A DNA stretch of 64,000 bases from Acidobacteriota bacterium (lineage in GTDB: Bacteria; Acidobacteriota; Vicinamibacteria; Vicinamibacterales; JAENWD01). The DNA lies in the NCBI GenBank assembly GCA_046735235.1, contig JBKPSY010000027.1, positions 2,389 to 66,388 on the forward strand, in the 5' to 3' direction. Positions 62,163 through 64,000 of the stretch are shown in pieces. The first letter of the stretch is position 1. Each line of letters begins with the position of its first letter. The position numbers and the translations under genes are program-made. The notes beneath the pieces were generated by a model, which worked only from the letters and a program-made list of their open reading frames with translations, had not been told where the DNA came from and searched no databases.

Positions 62163-63354
62163 CAACAGGGCTGGGCGCCCGACCCCGCAGCCGGCCGAAG
62201 AGAATCTTCCGCGCGGGCGGATGCTTGAACAGGGCGAGAATCAACCCGCGATGCTGGTTGAACCGCGCCGTCTCACGGACGATCGGCATCACGCCGTCGG
62301 TGCGCGCGAGCTCGAAGAACGCCTCGATGTCGACGTCGGTCATCTGGTGCGCCAGCTCTCGCAACCGCTGCTGCGCGCGAATCTCGCCGCCAAGCCTCCG
62401 ACGCCACGTTCGTTCGTAGCGTCCGAGCGTCGCCGCATCGAACCGCCCGCGCTGAAACGCGTGCTCGAGGGCCGCCACGCCGAGCGACGCGCTCAGCAGG
62501 CTGTAGTAGATGCCGCCGCCGGTCGTCGCCTTCACGATGCCGCCGGCGTCGCCCACGGCCAGGAGGCGGTCGCCGTACGTCCGGGGAAGCGGCGACAGCG
62601 GCAGCAGTTTCTGACGGGGCGTGACGTCTCGATCCGCGTGGATGCCCCAGCTGGCAGCGATGCGACCAAGGAAGCGCCGGAAGTGAGAACCGGAATCCTC
62701 CTCACACATCAGGCCGACGCGCACGTACTCGCCATCCGGCCGTTGCACGGGCACGACCCAGGCGAAGCCGTTTGGCGCGACGTCGCGCCCGAAGTACATC
62801 TCCACGTCGCCGCTGCGCCCCGCTGGCACTTCGAGCTGGGCCGACTGCTGGTAGATCGATGGCAGCCCCAATCCGAGGCGTCGTTGAATCGCGTAGTTGG
62901 CGCCGCACGCCAGCACGCAGGTGCGCGCCCGAATCCGTTCGCCATCCTTCAGCCGGATCGAGACGGCGTCCGGCTCAACGTCGACATCCTCGACGCGCCG
63001 GCTGTGGACCAGCGTTGCGCCGGCAGTCCGTGCGCGCTCGTGAAGGCGCTGATCCAGCTGCAGCCGATCGATCGCCACGGCTTCAATCCGATCCGTGGTG
63101 TAGCTGATCGACACGCCAGACGGCGCGTGGAAGCGCGCAGTCCGGAGCGAATTGAGGATGACCGTGCGGGGAAGATCGAACTCTTCGAAAGCGTCGGCCG
63201 CGAGAACGCCCGTGCAGTGCACCGGGTTGCCGCTCGACGCGTGCTCCTCGAACACCGCGACGTCGAATCCGCGGCGCGCCAGGAGGGTCGCTGCGTGCAG
63301 ACCTCCCGGTCCGCCGCCGACGATGGCTACATCTCTCATCCGTGCTGCTGACAC
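62143..63354 (-). CDS. FAD-dependent oxidoreductase, geranylgeranyl reductase family
   Basis: 403 aa with a Rossmann fold, DVAIVGGGPGG. An alternative ATG start at 63339 gives MRDVAIVGGG. Its 3' end overlaps the next gene by about 20 nt. Confidence 0.8.
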   Translation of the reverse strand: MSAARMRDVAIVGGGPGGLHAATLLARRGFDVAVFEEHASSGNPVHCTGVLAADAFEEFDLPRTVILNSLRTARFHAPSGVSISYTTDRIEAVAIDRLQLDQRLHERARTAGATLVHSRRVEDVDVEPDAVSIRLKDGERIRARTCVLACGANYAIQRRLGLGLPSIYQQSAQLEVPAGRSGDVEMYFGRDVAPNGFAWVVPVQRPDGEYVRVGLMCEEDSGSHFRRFLGRIAASWGIHADRDVTPRQKLLPLSPLPRTYGDRLLAVGDAGGIVKATTGGGIYYSLLSASLGVAALEHAFQRGRFDAATLGRYERTWRRRLGGEIRAQQRLRELAHQMTDVDIEAFFELARTDGVMPIVRETARFNQHRGLILALFKHPPARKILFGRLRGRAPSPVDVPQLG

Positions 63355-63526
63355 ACACCGCCGGGATGGCGGTGCTCAGAGCCTAACCCAACCTCGCCGG
63401 TCCGACAAAGCTCGCCGTATCGATCTCGAATCGCCCGCTCCGCTTCGGCCGTCAGTCGCGATACAGGTGGCCGCCGTGACCGGGCCAGCCGCGCCGCCAC
63501 CCTTCACTCGCCTCGCTGATCCGCAC

Positions 63527-64000
63527 TCAGATCTTGCTGGTGCGGACCTCCCACTTCCCCCGGAACGTGATCCAGAACGACAGCGCGACCAGCCGCACAT
63601 CGAGCCAGAAGCTCTGACGGCCGATGTACACCCGGTCGTACCGGAACTTGTTGCGACGGGTGATGTCGCGCGGTGCGTAGATCTGCGCGACGCCGGTGAG
63701 CCCCGGTCGTACGCGGCTCCGCTCGGCGTAGCCAGGCACCTGTTCGAGCGCCTCCAGACGGCCGTCGCCGAGCGCTTCGATCTCGCCGGGTCGCAGCGCG
63801 CGCGGTCCGACGAAGCTCATGTCGCCGACGAAGATGTTCCAGAGTTGCGGCAGTTCGTCCATCGCCGTGGCGCGCATCACTCGCCCGATCCGGGTGACCC
63901 GCGGGTCGTGCTCCGTGGCCTGGATCGCGCCGACGTGCTTCTCGGCGTCCGGCACCATCGAACGGAACTTCCACGCACGAAAGACCTCCCCGTCCTTGCC
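63527..64000 (-). CDS. polyprenyl-phosphate sugar transferase (bacterial sugar transferase, WbaP/EpsB-like), 5'-truncated by the window edge
   Basis: C-terminal catalytic domain KFRSMVPDAE...DPRVTRIGRVMRATAMDELPQLWNIFVGDMSFVGPRA. The reading frame is open to position 64000. Confidence 0.88.
   Translation of the reverse strand, partial: GKDGEVFRAWKFRSMVPDAEKHVGAIQATEHDPRVTRIGRVMRATAMDELPQLWNIFVGDMSFVGPRALRPGEIEALGDGRLEALEQVPGYAERSRVRPGLTGVAQIYAPRDITRRNKFRYDRVYIGRQSFWLDVRLVALSFWITFRGKWEVRTSKI

Noticed and set aside
46243-64000. Genomic island or mobile element status for the GT2/RiPP/glycan region
   Set aside because: No integrase, transposase, tRNA gene or flanking direct repeats are visible in the window, and composition looks similar to the rest by eye. 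The right boundary lies beyond the window, so island status cannot be claimed.

Overview
This is a high-G+C bacterial chromosome segment (G+C judged by eye, not computed) covering the replication-origin neighbourhood. The origin core is dnaA-dnaN-gyrB-gyrA on the minus strand, diverging from rpmH-rnpA-yidD-yidC-jag-rsmG-parA-parB on the plus strand. It has DnaA-box clusters on both sides of dnaA, an AT-rich candidate unwinding element between dnaA and dnaN, and two perfect parS palindromes upstream of parA. Around this core are housekeeping genes: serS, galU, rsmI, glmU, glmS, pcrA/uvrD, selD, an atpF'-F-H-A-G-D-C operon without atpB/atpE, wzm-wzt-rfaE2, mfd, a SurA-like PPIase, a NusG paralog and dusB. 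There is also a phd/doc-type toxin-antitoxin pair.

The right third (about 46.2-64 kb, all minus strand) is accessory-looking. It holds a GT2/HEAT-repeat/membrane-protein trio, then one long tightly packed gene string. In that string, glycan-assembly genes (priming sugar transferase, FAD reductase-like protein, Wzy_C/O-antigen-ligase-like protein, GT-C-like membrane protein, PF14907-type nucleotidyltransferase) run directly into a lasso-peptide-type RiPP gene set. That set comprises two PqqD/RRE proteins, a PRMT-like methyltransferase with its own RRE-like tail, an AsnB-like cyclase lacking the N-terminal Cys, a 64-aa candidate precursor with its own TATAAT promoter, an HPr-kinase-like P-loop protein, a B2 transglutaminase-like protease and an ABC exporter. 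I consider this the most interesting system in the window.

The non-coding DNA is also unusual. It contains a GTAG-headed REP/REPIN family sitting exactly on stop codons. It contains phased 9-bp GGTC iteron arrays at five loci, including an in-frame Gly-X-Y array inside mfd and inverted arrays flanking a parS. It also contains several long hairpins whose arms are themselves short tandem repeats. No rRNA, tRNA, CRISPR, transposase or integrase was recognised. Many long ORFs in the track are antisense or shadow ORFs typical of high-GC DNA and were not called.
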